A stretch of 64,000 nucleotides of DNA, taken from Lingula anatina. Lineage: Eukaryota; Animalia; Brachiopoda. The notes under the pieces are model-generated. The model ran no database searches, was not told where the DNA came from, and saw only the letters and a list, made by a program, of their open reading frames with translations. Each line of letters opens with the position of its first letter. Position 1 is the first letter of the stretch. The stretch is taken from positions 13,206,001-13,270,000 of the forward strand of contig CM120646.1 in the NCBI GenBank assembly GCA_051362555.1, written 5' to 3'. Shown piece by piece: positions 11,265 through 25,400 of this stretch. The position numbers and the translations under genes are program-made.

Positions 11265-13901
11265 ATGACATCCATTCAAGTAGAAAGCCCCAATGTCTGG
11301 TACACAGACGGTTTCATCGAAAGCCAATATGATTACGAGACGACTGAGGTCAGAAAGGAAAACGGGAAACTGGTCGCTACACCAAAGACAACGAGATACA
11401 CATTCAGAGTGGAAAGAAAGGTGGGTTTGAATTTAAACATTACTAAGAAAAACCAGTGGACTGAAATGGTTCACACAATTACGTATAAAAACGCCACAAA
11501 CAATTATAAACCGCATTGTTCACGTGTTTATATCTGATTTGGTGCTTAATACCAGAGCCGCAGGGCAAGACAAAAATCGATTGAGGGAGCTGTTAAAGCC
11601 CTATACAATAGGCCTACTGGACATGCAAGCAAGTAATTTGCACCCCTTGTATGTAGTGTGACTCATCTTGACGCTAACTGAATTAAAAGTAAGAGACTTT
11701 TGGTGGACTGGGAAATAGGAAGGCTTATACTTTATGAAGAAAAAAATCACCCCACCCTTCCCCGCAGCCTTTGAACATGATGATATCTATTGTTTAGTCG
11801 ATTGTTTTCTCCAGTTCTCGATCATTAATGATTTCGAAATACAGATTTTCATTCAGGTATCCACATTTTAAGAGTAGAAATACGGACAAGCTGCATTTTA
11901 AATTCATCTGACAAAATTTACTTCAAATTTTTTGACAAAGTTGCTGTTTTCCGTTAGATTTCTTAGGGTGCATTCCCAATGAAAGTATCGTTCTATGTAG
12001 ATCGATCCAACTCAGCGGGGACCCTGGCGGAAAGCAATCAGTATACTGAATGACACTCCTCCTCGAGCAGCTAGGGGCGATTAACTTTCGCGTGCGTTCG
12101 GTCGCACTCAAAACAAAGTGGAAAAGCTTTGAGATGCCGTTATCGTTTATTGCTAAATGCTTAAACCTTCAAAATCGTAAATTTGCACTCACTGTCACTG
12201 ACGAGTGCCGCGTTGATTTTCCGTTGGAAAATAGTTTTGTTGCAGAAGAGACTGTCGAAAACAAAATCGGTATTTATCATTTTTACTACCATTTTAATTT
12301 TTTTATTAATAGATCAAAGCAATCAGTGTTGAATATAGAATGTACAATATATACATCCATTTAAAAACTAAGTACATAAAAGTACAGGAAAGTGTATTAT
12401 TTATTTTCTCCAATGTCAAAGCTAAGCATCAGCACAATGCTTTACGATTAAAGCAATACGACGAATCTTTGAAAATCATCTTTTTTCCTTTGCTTTCACT
12501 CCCATTCATTATTATTGCATTATAGTGAGAGTTTCTTATGTACCATGCTCTCGATATTTCCCCGTGCATCTGCCAAAACGTGTGTGAGGTTGCTAGCAGG
12601 ATACACGTAACACTATCTTTTCTATCACTCTGTACGTGTGTGCCCTGGGAGCGACGCCCAGTGTTGGCAACGCCTAAAGTTGACTACAACGCCTCATGTT
12701 GATCAGCTCACGCGCATTGCTCTGTTTTTGTCATCCGTGCTTTCCTTTGGTTCCCTTCATTCCCCCCTCATGCTGTACACGAAACAGAAAATGTTTCTGC
12801 CTGTTCAACAGAAATGATTTGTCATTCTGCTTAGCGTGTCTCTGTCATTTAGATCATTTACAGCATTCCCGGTAGTAACACGAGGAAAATCCAGAACACA
12901 AAGCGTCCATATTATTCAAGGTCCAACATTGGTGTAGCCTGATTACCACTTGGTCGGTTATATCTGACCAGGACCTGAAAAAATTATATTTGTATCTCGA
13001 TCTTCGCACCATAATTCCCTTCACAGCATTTAGATCTACACAATATGCGTTGTAACATATCTTATATCCGGAACGTGAATATTGGTACATTCCAGTGTGC
13101 GCCTACATCAAAACAAAATCGTGATATTTCAAATCAAACAGTTAAACTTTTCCTGAATTCAGAACCTTCATATCCATTATCACAAAAAATGTTGGTTTTC
13201 CCGTTGTTAGGCGATGGGATTTGGTGTGTGCAAATGAGACTTTTAAACTTTAAATATTAAATCCATTTCCACAAATCTTTAAAAATGTCAATCCAAAGTA
13301 ATAAAAAAGTGTAATTGAGATGTTGATTTACAATAATTATTGGTTTGAGCCCACTATTAATACCTAGCACGCGTTTACCTACCACTACATGCCCATTTCC
13401 CAGGTCTCTCACTATCTGCACTCGTCTTCTTCTCTCTAGCGGCCGGCGGCGCCTACAGCTTCTATTCATTATCCCAGCAATCTTTATTGCTCTCTTGGTC
13501 CAATTTCTCAAAGCCCAACTGAACATAAAATAGGAAATTAACATTCTGACTTCGCTAAATAACACTTTAAGTGTACTAGTAATAGTAAATGTCAACAACG
13601 ACTTAGGTTGCTAGCGTAAACTATGCAAGCGATTGACGTTACGTCGGAAATGTCTTATGACGTCACAGACGTTCGAGAACGAGAGCAAGCTGAGCTCTGC
13701 TAGTCGTCAGCGAATTGTAGAAAATTGTTTTACGCCCGTGCTTGGCAACCTTGTCCGATACCTCTGTGGGAAAGGGTAAAAGAAAAAGGCCAAAAATATG
13801 TTGAGATCCCTCAAAAGATTAGTTTTCAAAAATCGACGAGAACAAAAGCCCAACCCCCCTAACCCGGAGCCTGCGACCCTGAAGACAGAAGTGTGTTTTA
13901 G

Positions 13902-13949
<48 letters not shown>

Positions 13950-15641
13950 AACTCAACAACAAGAGAAAAGACTTACTGATTACGCTTCATTTAGGGCACC
14001 AACAAAATCTAGAAAAAATGAATGAACTCCCTTCCATTATATATCTTAATTTAGTAAAAAATAATAAATAGATGAAACTCAATCCTATTTTTTCTGGTTG
14101 TACAGGTACCCCGGGTCGGTATGATGCTAGTAGGCTGGGGAGGAAATAACGGCTCTACGGTGACAGCCGCCACGCTAGCCAATAAACTCGGTCTGTCATG
14201 GCGGACCAAAGATGGTACCAGACACGCCAATTATTACGGGTCGGTAAAGTCGTGTGCCATTATTGCTTTATATATTAAAAAAATATTGCAACTGGTAGTT
14301 TTAAATAAAATCATAGATTGATTATAAGGGATTATTCCCAGACCCTGTCGTACTATCTGTGTATCGATCTATCTCCGAGGGGATTCTCGATAAATTGCAA
14401 TCAACTTAAGCGGCTTAGATGTCTGTCACGCTACTCAAACTGCTACGGGGTAATTAATCATCGTTTAGCAGCTTCAGTAGGCGTGCCAAACATCTAACAC
14501 GCTTAAGCTAAAAGCAATTTAGCAAGAAACCCCTTGGAGATGGATCGATCCTGTTACATCGATCTAGGTATGGGAAGCCAGTTTTACTTCCACTCATATT
14601 TGGCATTTAAAATGTGTTGAAGGTCCATCACTCAAGCGAGCACCATCTGCCTCGGTTCTGGTCCAGATGGGGACATTTATGTCCCTTTCCATGATCTCTT
14701 ACCGATGGTTCGCCCTGATGACCTGGTCATAGACGGATGGGACATCTCCTCCGAGAATCTCGCTGATTCGATGGAAAGGGCAAAGGTATTGGATTACGAC
14801 CTCCAAGTTCAGTTGAAACCCCACATGGAGCGGCTGAGACCCAGACCATCTCTATACTATCCAGATTTTATCGCAGCGAACCAGGCTGACAGAGCGGATA
14901 ATGTGCTCCCTGGGTATGACAAGGCTGAGCACCTGGAAAAGATCCGTAGAGATATAAGGTATTTATATTTTTAAAACATTTGATGACACCATGTGTGAAA
15001 GGCAACAATTTAACCTTTGCGTGCACAATGGCTATTTTACGAAGCTTTCTTCTAGTTGGAAATTATGAGTCTTTCTATAATCTTTAATATTTCTGAAACT
15101 GTTTTTCATGTTATCTGTTTCTTCTTTCTTTTGACATACTTTTTGATGCAGATTATAATAATCAAAACAGTTAGCAACGTTTCCACCATTGTCCGTTCGC
15201 CAATACTTCAGTAGTTCGCGCGGTTCGCGCGGCGAGAATAAACATGAAGGTGAAACGACATAAAAAAAAGACTTCCCTACACATGTATAATTTTATTCTT
15301 CAGAGATTTTAAAGTCACGTCCAACTTGGACAAAGTGATCGTATTGTGGACGGCCAACACGGAACGCTTTTGCGATGTTCGTCCCGGGCTTAATGACACA
15401 GGAGATAATTTAATCAAATCTATTGAAAGAAGTGCAGCAGAAATTTCCCCGTCGACTATTTTTGCCGTCGCCAGTATACTTGAAGGGGTAGGTGATGAAT
15501 ATCATGCGGGAAAACGTTATCCCAAAACAATGGATTGTAGACATTTCATTTGACGAAAAAAAGTTTGAGTTAATCAATGTCCTGACTGGTCTCGATTTTA
15601 GAAAGTAAAATGAAAATCCCCATCTTTCTTAAGGCAGTGAC

Positions 15642-15682
<41 letters not shown>

Positions 15683-17231
15683 GCCACTTAAAAACTTTCG
15701 TTGAAACATTTTAATTCAACATGCTTTATCACCCAGTGTTGCTACATCAACGGCTCTCCTCAAAACACCTTTGTCCCAGGAGTCATTGACCTCGCGGAGA
15801 GGGAGCGCGTCTACATAGCCGGCGACGATTTCAAATCTGGGCAAACCAAACTCAAGTCCGTCCTGGTCGATTTCCTCGTCAGTGCCGGCATCAAGCCCAC
15901 TTCTATCGTCAGCTATAACCACCTTGGCAACAACGACGGAAGGAACCTCTCGGCTCCTCTGCAGTTCCGCTCTAAAGAAATCAGCAAGAGTAACGTTGTG
16001 GATGACATGGTGGCGTCCAATGGGATATTGTATGGACCAAAGGAGAAGCCCGACCACTGTGTGAGTTAATGTGGTTAAATTAATTAACCAACTAGTCAAT
16101 CAAATCATTGTATTAAAACAGCGCCTTTATTTTATAATTATTTATAATTAAAATCATTACACCACCATCATCATTAATATTATCATTATTATTATTATTG
16201 CTCGTGCTCCAGTTACTGCTAATTATTCTTGTTCCATTTCTAAAGGTCGTCATAAAATATGTCCCATACGTTGGCGACAGCAAGCGAGCTATGGACGAAT
16301 ATACCTCGGAAATAATGATGGGAGGTCACAACACCATCGCCATCCACAACACGTGCGAGGACTCCCTCCTAGCCTCGCCAATTATCCTAGATCTCATTAT
16401 CCTAGCAGAGATGTGCCAAAGGATACAGTTCAGGGTCGGAGAAGAACAGGAGTTTCAAAATTTCAACGCCGTGTTGTCAATTTTGAGTTACCTATGCAAA
16501 GCGCCCTTGGTGCCGCGAGGAACCCCGTTAGTGAATGCTTTGTTCCGGCAGAGGGCGTGCATTGAAAATATCTTCAGGTTTGTGTTTACGTTCATTCTGT
16601 TGGTATTTTTCATATCTGAAGAACTTGTTCTCAAACGTGTAAAGTTCGAAAATGGGATTTAATTTTTTTTTCGTTGAGAATGTGATCATTAAATTTGCCG
16701 AAGCATTCAGTGTAAAGTCAGATTTTCAAGACAGCTTTCATGTAAATTCAATTTAGCACATTGTTGGATGAGACACCGTGATGGAAAATTAACGAGCTGT
16801 CTGATAAGCCTTGGTGTATGATCAATGTAAACACATTTAAAGGAGACTTGGAAAGACGTTTTTCTTAGCATCTATCTCATGTAACCCCATTGTGTATTCG
16901 TAATTTTACAGTTAACGTGCATACTACCGTCTTCTCAATATATATATAAATGGCAAATAACTAGAGCTCAATATATGATTTGAATAGATCTCAAATTAAT
17001 CAATACTTATTTAAAGTTATTTTGTTTTATTACTCCAGAGCATGTATAGGTTTACCCCCGCAGAACCATATGATGTTAGAACACAAGCACGAGAAAATTC
17101 CAGAAAGAAACGTCATCAAAACTGCTCAATCCAACATGGTGGACTTGAAATCCAAGGTTATGCAAAATAATGGTACAATGGCAGTTCACGTTAACGGAAG
17201 CAGCGAGAGCGAGGGCGAAGTGAGCAACTAA
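11265..17231 (+). CDS. ISYNA1: Inositol-3-phosphate synthase 1 (~552 aa)
   Basis: Exons 11265-11420, 14106-14239, 14623-14958, 15304-15487, 15737-16060, 16246-16577 and 17039-17231 (1659 nt, phases consistent). Hallmark MIPS motifs are present: [37 protein letters not shown] and [12 protein letters not shown]. Confidence 0.97.
14335..14576. mobile_element. Fold-back (palindromic) MITE-like element in an ISYNA1 intron
   Basis: Imperfect inverted arms of about 110 bp. For example, ATCGATCTATCTCCGAGGGGATTCTCGATAAATTGC matches the reverse complement ATCGATCCATCTCCAAGGGGTTTCTTGCTAAATTGC. The ends are TTCCCAGACC and GGTATGGGAA. Confidence 0.65.
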
Positions 17232-18192
17232 TGGTTGAGATGACTCCTTCCTTTATGCTCCTGCCCTTTTATGGAAATGTCAAAGGAACTTTTAGTTTTC
17301 GTTTATATATTTATTTTGCCATATGCAGTCCATAAATCATTATTCCAGTTGGCAAAGTTAGAGAATTATGTCATCCCAGATTTCTGTGCAAGGTCCTCTT
17401 TTAAAAAAATGGAACAGATTACAGTACGACAGACGTACATCATGTCTATGGAAAAAAACTTCTGTGCCGTAAAAAGGACAATGTAATATACGATTATTGT
17501 TAAAGGGATAATAACTCTTCGTATGAGGTCTCTATTTCACAATAAAAACATTGTGAATAACTCACAGAAATATAATATATTCTGTTTTACGACAAAAACA
17601 GCAGTTATAGCTGGGGGAGGGGGGGGGGGGCGGGGCGGCGGAGGAGGGCAAAAAATTAACGCAAAGATAAAAAAAACTTATACGTCAGATGTAATTGTTT
17701 GTACATTGTTATTGTTTTAGTAATAAAAAATCAGGGGATTTCTTCTCGATTATTTTAATGTGAAAATGATGACAATTTCATGACAACAGTTCTTCCACCT
17801 AATTACTTTAGCCATGAATTATTCTTTTCACATACTGTCCAAACATGGACTACTCGCAACACATCTGTAACAAACTAAAAAATCATTAAGACAAATAAGA
17901 AAAAATTTATTTTAATATACATCTATGGCTGACAAAAAAAAAAAAAAAGAAAGTCAAAGATCTGGGGAATCCAGCAATCTTTAGTTACTCTAGTAATAAT
18001 TATATTATGTATTGAAACGCGATTTCTTTGCCCAACGGACTCGTGTAATGATATTACAGTTTTGTTATATAATTTGATCTGCATTTATATAACAACCACT
18101 ACTGAGCTGTCCCCAGTGTTTTACTGCACTGACACTCGGGTAAAAACTGTTTGATATATACTTTTATTATATATATTTGCACAAATACAACT

Positions 18193-21100
18193 CTAATCGT
18201 CATCACTGTCACTTTCTATCGTCTTCCTCTTAGCTCCCCTCCTCAGTGGGATGTGATCTTCGATGTCAGAGTCAGAGTCACTCCCAGGGCCTTGTGACAA
18301 TAACGTGGCAGGAAAAGAGGCTGGATTGGAAAGGGAAAAATACACAATTAAAGATGCAACTAATTAGACATAAACCCCTTTTAAAAATTTGTCTGAATAA
18401 TAATAATAATAATTAATTAAAAATTATTTAAGAAAATCAGAAAAATTTTCTTTTTTTTAGTCTGCATTGTAAATAGTTAAAACTGTAAAAAAAATTGTGC
18501 CCTCTTGGCAAAACCTTAAAACTAAAGTCACTCAAACAGGCAACTTAAATCAAATGATAATTTCAGTTATACCCCTACCTAACTCCTTGGCACTAGTGTC
18601 TCTCATATTTTCTTTATCCTCTTTCTTTTCCAGGTCACTTTCTTCCTGGATCTTGGTTCTCTTGCTCGGTTGCTTTGTCTTTTCCTTTTCACTGTCAATT
18701 ACTAGTCTGTCATCATCACTGGAAATTGTGGACAAGATAAGCTTATTTTTATATAAATAGTGTATGTCAAGCATGAACCGGTACTGAAAATCTCTAAATA
18801 TTTGTTGGGAGACCAAATACTTAATCCTGAAAAATCTCTGAACCTATCAGAAATAAATTAATAATCTCAGAATGCTGAGATTCAATGGTGAAAGTTCACG
18901 TCTTCTAGGTATTTCTGAAATCAGGAGATTCACTTTAAAAAATGTACACTTTTAAATTAATATTATAAATGAAATGCAGAGATAATAAGTGACTGTCAAG
19001 TCTGATTACTACTTTTCAAAATTAATGCAATATGTTGAATATGCTTGTACCTATCGTCTGAAGAATCTGACTCCAGCGCCCTCTTCAGTTGAGCTCTTGT
19101 CTCCTCAGAGAGTTTGCTCTTAGGGCCACTGGGCTTTGACAAAGGCTTATCTGAGTCACTGTCCAATGCAAGAGACGCCTTCTTTGCTTTCTGCATGCTT
19201 GCCGCAAGAGGTTCATCGTCATCTGTATCACTTTCAAAATCTTGTTTTCCATTGTTTGTTGACTTCCTTTTGCCTGTCACTGGCTCATCCTCTGAAGAAT
19301 CGCTATTTACCAAATGGGACACTTCTGATGCTGTCAACTTGTCCTTGCTACTCTTTAACTGTCCAGCCTGGGCCAAAGGCTGGTCATCATCGTCCGAAGA
19401 GTCACTATCCAGGAGCCTGTGTCCACTCTTTGAAGGGGTGTCATCTTTGAGGGGGGTTTGGTGGGTGCTGACGGGGGTGAGGTCATCATCATTGTCGTCG
19501 TCCGAAGATTCATCATTTATCAGTTTAAGTCTGGAGGATTTCTGTTTGGATGAGCCAGTAGGTGTGGTTCCCGGTGTAGAGGGGGAGGGATGTGTCTGCT
19601 CAGTTCTAAAATATAGAAAGTACAAAATGCTGTGTGTATAAGAAAAATTAACAATTCTAAAAACAGGACTATTAATTGCAGGTAAAAACACTCAAGAATT
19701 CAGTCTGTGACAAAAGCATTTTTCCCCAGGACAGAGTCAGCATTAAAAAAAAATGAAGCCAGTTAAATCTTGAAAATTTCAGTAACTTATCAATTTCTGT
19801 TTTGGGCCAGGTGATTCTTAGACCCTGGTGTCACAAAGCACCAGCAAGTTAAGAAGTATATGTCACAGACTGAGAATTCAATGTGCTATCAATTTTAATC
19901 AGAAACTATAAATATATAACCTAGTATTGTTCCTCCTTGATCCCACAAGAGATATTTATCATAGAGATTCAGCAATAGATAAGTCTAAATCAAATCACTG
20001 ACAACATTTTGTAGTTATTTCAGTCAAGAAAAATGTGAGACATTAAAACAAACTAGATTGGCTGAATATAATCACCCAATACTATTTGTATTATCATTAA
20101 AAACCTATATAAAAGACTGATTTCTATACCTTCTTTTAATTCTTTCTCCCTTTTCTTTTGCCTTTACATCCCGTATTTTGTTCTTTGTCATATTTTTCAA
20201 CATCTCAAATCTGGCACTTTTTTCCTTTGACAAACCTGCTGATGGGCTCAAGGTTTTCTTTTTTGGAGGTTTGTAAGTTTCCTCAAGTTTGTCAGCTATA
20301 GATCGTAGCTTGGCTGGCGACTCATTGGCAGAGATTCGCCAGAATCTTTCCTGAAAAAAATTACGAATTAAATAAATAAGATAAAAAATTTATATCAAAA
20401 CAGAGAATTGGATGTTAGAAATTCAAGTATCAATTGGCAAAGATTGTGATAAATTAAAATGTCAGGGCATATTTATCCTTTCTCTGCTTTAAAAACCCGC
20501 CAATATTAAACTCATTGCAGACATAACTTTGATTCTGATGCAAAAATCCTTTAGCTCTAAATGCAGCAATATCAAAGAGCAACTATCTCTCTCTATATAT
20601 ATATAACTTAAAAAATAACTTGTAATTTTAATCTTTCACACATTGCCTTCTGTGTGCTAATTCATTACCTGTTCATTAGAAGGAGGTAATATCCCCGCTT
20701 TCTTGAGAAAACACCTGAACAAGCTGTTGTCCATGGCATCTTCATTCTCCTCTGACAGCGGGACAAGAGGGATTGGCTCATACTCGTCTGGAATCATTCA
20801 TCTTTCAATATTAGTTTGCCTCTATCATACATTCAACAGTTTAACAATGGTAGAACCGATGCATTTATCTTTGGTATTAGCTGAAACATACCATGAACAT
20901 TACCTCACAAATATTTGGGTAAATCCAACAAATTTACATATCACCAAAGCATTATTCAAAGTTTTTCCTTTCTTTTCATAAAAAAAATCTCAAAACAATA
21001 AGTATCTCAATTGGTTTAATTGGAGTTGATCATGTAGAATAAAACATACTCTCTTTCTCTCTGTCCTCAGCCACACTCCTCAGACGTTGTTGGACCCACT

Positions 21101-22409
21101 TCACTGGTCCAGCCAGACCTGAAACAGCAGCCATTATTTATCAACTTCATATAAAACTTAAAGGCAATACTGAACTTTACCAAGCAACCTGACTTTATAA
21201 AGATACGCTGACAATTCTGCATCTGCAGACCCCCCCCCCCTTCAAATAATCCTGAATCAACTTCAGGTTTAAGGTGCAGTATTCTAAAAAGTGTTTTGTT
21301 ACAGACTGTATAGTTGATATATACAATGTTATGTTGTTAGAACCTCACCTTTCTTGAACAACTTCTTCACCATTTTGTGCAGCGTTTTATCATGATTATC
21401 GTCTCCACCATCATCATCTTTATCATCCTCTGCCTCCTCATCTGCATCTGCCGAGGCTTCACTGTCACTTGAGGAGGAGGATAACACAGGCTCTTCTTCT
21501 TCCTCCTCCTCCTCATCACTGCTGGCTCTCTGGACCACAACTATGAAAAAACACATGGAAAGTGACATTAAGACTACAGGACTTTTCAAATTTGTCATAG
21601 CTATAATATTTAAGATTTATTATAAATGATAATACAGATACTAGTTCTTTTCAGTTGTTTACAGAGACAAACTTTTAGTGATCAAATTTAATTGTATACA
21701 TTTAAAAGTAGTTCACTTGTTCATTTTATTTATTCATTTTGTAAACTATTTGTATAACCATATCTTAAAGGACTTTAATTGAGGTCTCTGTAATACTCTA
21801 CCACTCACCATCCTCCTTTACTTAACCCTATTCACAACAAGAATCACCAGGCACTTTTTTCTCTTGGGTACTTTTCTCCAAAATTTCTGTACTACGGTAA
21901 AAAATCCATTTTAAATAATGACAAGGCTCTCTAGCCCAACTCAGAACTCACCATCCTCCTCCTCAATAAACCTATCATCCTCATCCTCAGCTCCGCCTTT
22001 CTTGGACTTTCTTTTCCTCTTCTTATATAGCTCCTTTCTGTCCTCCACCAAACCCATACTGAGGAGCTTCTCTATGACCTTGGCCTTTGACCTTTTGACC
22101 TCCATATTGTTAAGGATGTTGCCCACTGGATCTAAAAGGTGAGATGATTCAATGACGTGTTTATGGGTCACACTGGCTGATAGAATGTACATTATTCTTT
22201 GCTCTGATGTTTCAAAATGAAGCATGCTTCACGATTCATAAAGGTTGGCACATTTTTTATTTGTCATTGTTTTTTGTGTTTCACATTTCCAAGATACCAA
22301 CAGACAAATAAACCTAAAAAATGTGAGTCAGTAATTATAATTCTTTTTCATTTGTGAAAAATTAAAAAATATTTTGAAAATAATTCATGAACAAACAATA
22401 ACTATCTAC

Positions 22410-22445
<36 letters not shown>

Positions 22446-25400
22446 ATGTATATTTACCTTCAGAACCCTTGAACCTGTCAAACAGTTCCCTCAGTTCATA
22501 CTCCTGTTCCTCCCTCCAGACTCTGGCAGCTCCTCTGTAATATTGGCATAAACAGAGTAGTAAAATAAGCAAGAACTCTTTGCCAGCTAGGGAAATATTT
22601 GCATCTCATTATAGTTCTATTGAAAATAAAATATTCACAACCAGTTATGAATACAGAGACACTAAGAATACCTTTTTTAAACGATGGAGTTTCTGATCTC
22701 CAAAAATTAGACAAGGAAGTGTTTATTGCATGACACAGGATAACGTGCTCAAGGTAGAACACAGATTTCACAAACCTTGAACTGGGCTTCTTCAAATCCT
22801 TGGCACTGTTAATCAGTTCAAGATGACACAGCTCACGGAGCACTTGTCGCCTTGTCTTGGTAGTGTCGGTTAAATTCTCCATTATAAGGTCTACAACGTC
22901 TTTCTCTGAAACCCCATCAGTATATCCAGGTTATAATTATCTTACTTGCCACAAAAATCCCACTCTTAAGTTTGAATTTTCATAAAAAACTAAAAGAGTA
23001 ATTGCAGAAAATACTGAATTAAAAATAACAGAGAATATGTATCTACTTTAAGATGTAAAATTTACCCTCTGAGCTAGTGAACGAGTAGAATATTTACAGC
23101 CATATTCGAATCTTATAAAATTAACTTGTTAAATTTTAAATTTTAGCTAAATTTTAAAAAGAACTCCAAGAATTAGTTCTTAACATAAGCTGTTTTACAT
23201 GCATCCACCCATACCACAGATATGTTCATTTCAATGCAATTTCAGCATTATGCAAACTAGATCCTCTCTGTTCAATGGCAGACAATACTTACCTGTATCA
23301 TCTCTGAACTTGTCAAACAGGTACTTCAATTCTTCGTCCTGTTCTTCAGTCCACGCAGGGGCACTTTTACTATGTCTGTAACATCAAACAGTAACACTAA
23401 TAAGAGACAAATTTGCCATCAATGTGATATGTAACTTACAATAATATTTTGATGCTTTTGATATCAAATTGCAGGTCTTACGTCAGTGTATATGTAACAT
23501 TTGGGGCAAATTTCAACTCCTGCGATTTCAATTGTAATAACTATTTTTCCCAGTGTCTACACATCTATATGATCTAATACAATGTCCACACTTATATAAA
23601 GTACGATAAGGTAGCCACTCATAATCCCGTGATGGTCTCCCTACCTCCACAAGCGCCGTCCCTGCAGGGGCCTAGCAATTAAACCTCGGAGCTGAGATTT
23701 AATCCTTTTAATGGCGCATGTGGAGGTGGGGAGACCATTAGGAGATTAAGTGGCTTCCTTTTATGGTGGGTCAGCCATATTTGATTCCCGGATCAGTAGA
23801 TCCCAGGATCATCTGCTCTGAATGGGCTGATAGTAACAACAAAACTCATCTACATATTATGTGGAAATGCAGTCTCAATCCACCATCTTTGCTTACTTTT
23901 CCTTGTATGTACCATAACCTTCTACCACCTCCATGGCATCTTTGTTGGTTTTCCAGAACAACAGCTCCACGAACATCTTTTCATTTTTCTGGGCACACTC
24001 AAAGAATTTTCTGACAACATATTTGGAAAATGTTACAATCTCCTGCAATAGAAAATTATCAAAGAATATAAATAATGCCAGACATTAACACTCAAACATA
24101 AAAAAAATGCATATTCTATGTTCTATACTGATAGCCAATTTTGGGAAAAAAAATCATGATTCTCCCCTTCCCAGTTTGTATTATTATGGTTCTTTGTCAA
24201 AACACAACTATGTACAAGATATACCAAAAAATAAATAACATTTATATTACTGCTACAGCTATTCAAATTCTAAACAGTATAAGTGTTTACTTTTATATGT
24301 AAAAAGCCAATAAGAATCTTTTTTTTCCCTTTCTTTTCTCTTCTTTAATCTCAAATTACCACTGACTGTGACTATAAATTTCGAATTGAAGAACCTGACC
24401 TCGTAATGTTTGGACTTGGCCATGGGGTCAAAGAGGATCTTCTGAAATGTCCGGAACAATGAGGCCTGGAACAGCATCCCAACCTTCCCTGTATCCACGG
24501 CAACCCGATGTAGGAGCTTGACGATGCAATGATTGGTGAAGGTGCTGTTCTTGGAGTACTCAGAGAGCAGAAGTGAATAGTGCTTCAAGACTTGGGGATT
24601 TCCAAATCTGAAATGCATTTTAATTAATTATGTAAAATATAGCACAATGTTCTCTCTCTCCCAATTCATACACTTTATAGGTTAAGGAAGTTCAAAATGC
24701 TAGAAAAAATGTGAAAAACATTTACTTTTATTTCTGGCGATGCTCACCTGTCTATAAACTCTCTGAAACTGAACTCCTGTTCGTAATTCTCAAAGGCTGA
24801 CACTCCTTCCTCTGGAAAATATGTGAACATTGCACTCAATTTATATACATAAGATAAAATGATTTCAAAGTCTTAATAAAACACTGCATGATAAAGGTTT
24901 TTCGCCATTTCAGTACCTCAACAAGCTCCAGTTAAATTTTGCAAAATAACTAATTTCTTTTCTGAATCAGTCATATCAATTTCTTAACCACATCAAAAAT
25001 AGAATAATGAAAAAAGATGAAAATATTTGCATTAATATACCATACTCGTTAAGTGCAATTATTTTATACCACGTGACAGTGAATTCACTGAACGTCAAAT
25101 ATCAGATTCTGCTAATAGAGGTCAGCACAAGCTACCTTCTTCTATCTCCTCTTGATCGTCCTCTTCTTGCAGCTCTTCTTCCTGTGTGGCCTCTGCTGCA
25201 GCAGGTTCTGTGAATGAATTTTAAAGAAATTTTAGAATGCTATTTGAAAAAAGATTTTATGGCCAACATAAAAATAAGTTTTAGATATTACACTTTTTTA
25301 CTCCAAGGATACAATCTTTAAAAATTCTAAACATTGATGTTACAGTAATGAGATCTTTAAATAATACTGTATTAAAGGAAAAATGATTAAGAAATATGGA

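Noticed and set aside
15716-16099. 127-aa minus-strand ORF
   Set aside because: It is antisense to a conserved ISYNA1 exon.
19114-19641. 175-aa plus-strand ORF
   Set aside because: It is the antisense shadow of the low-complexity TIMELESS exon 19605-19051.
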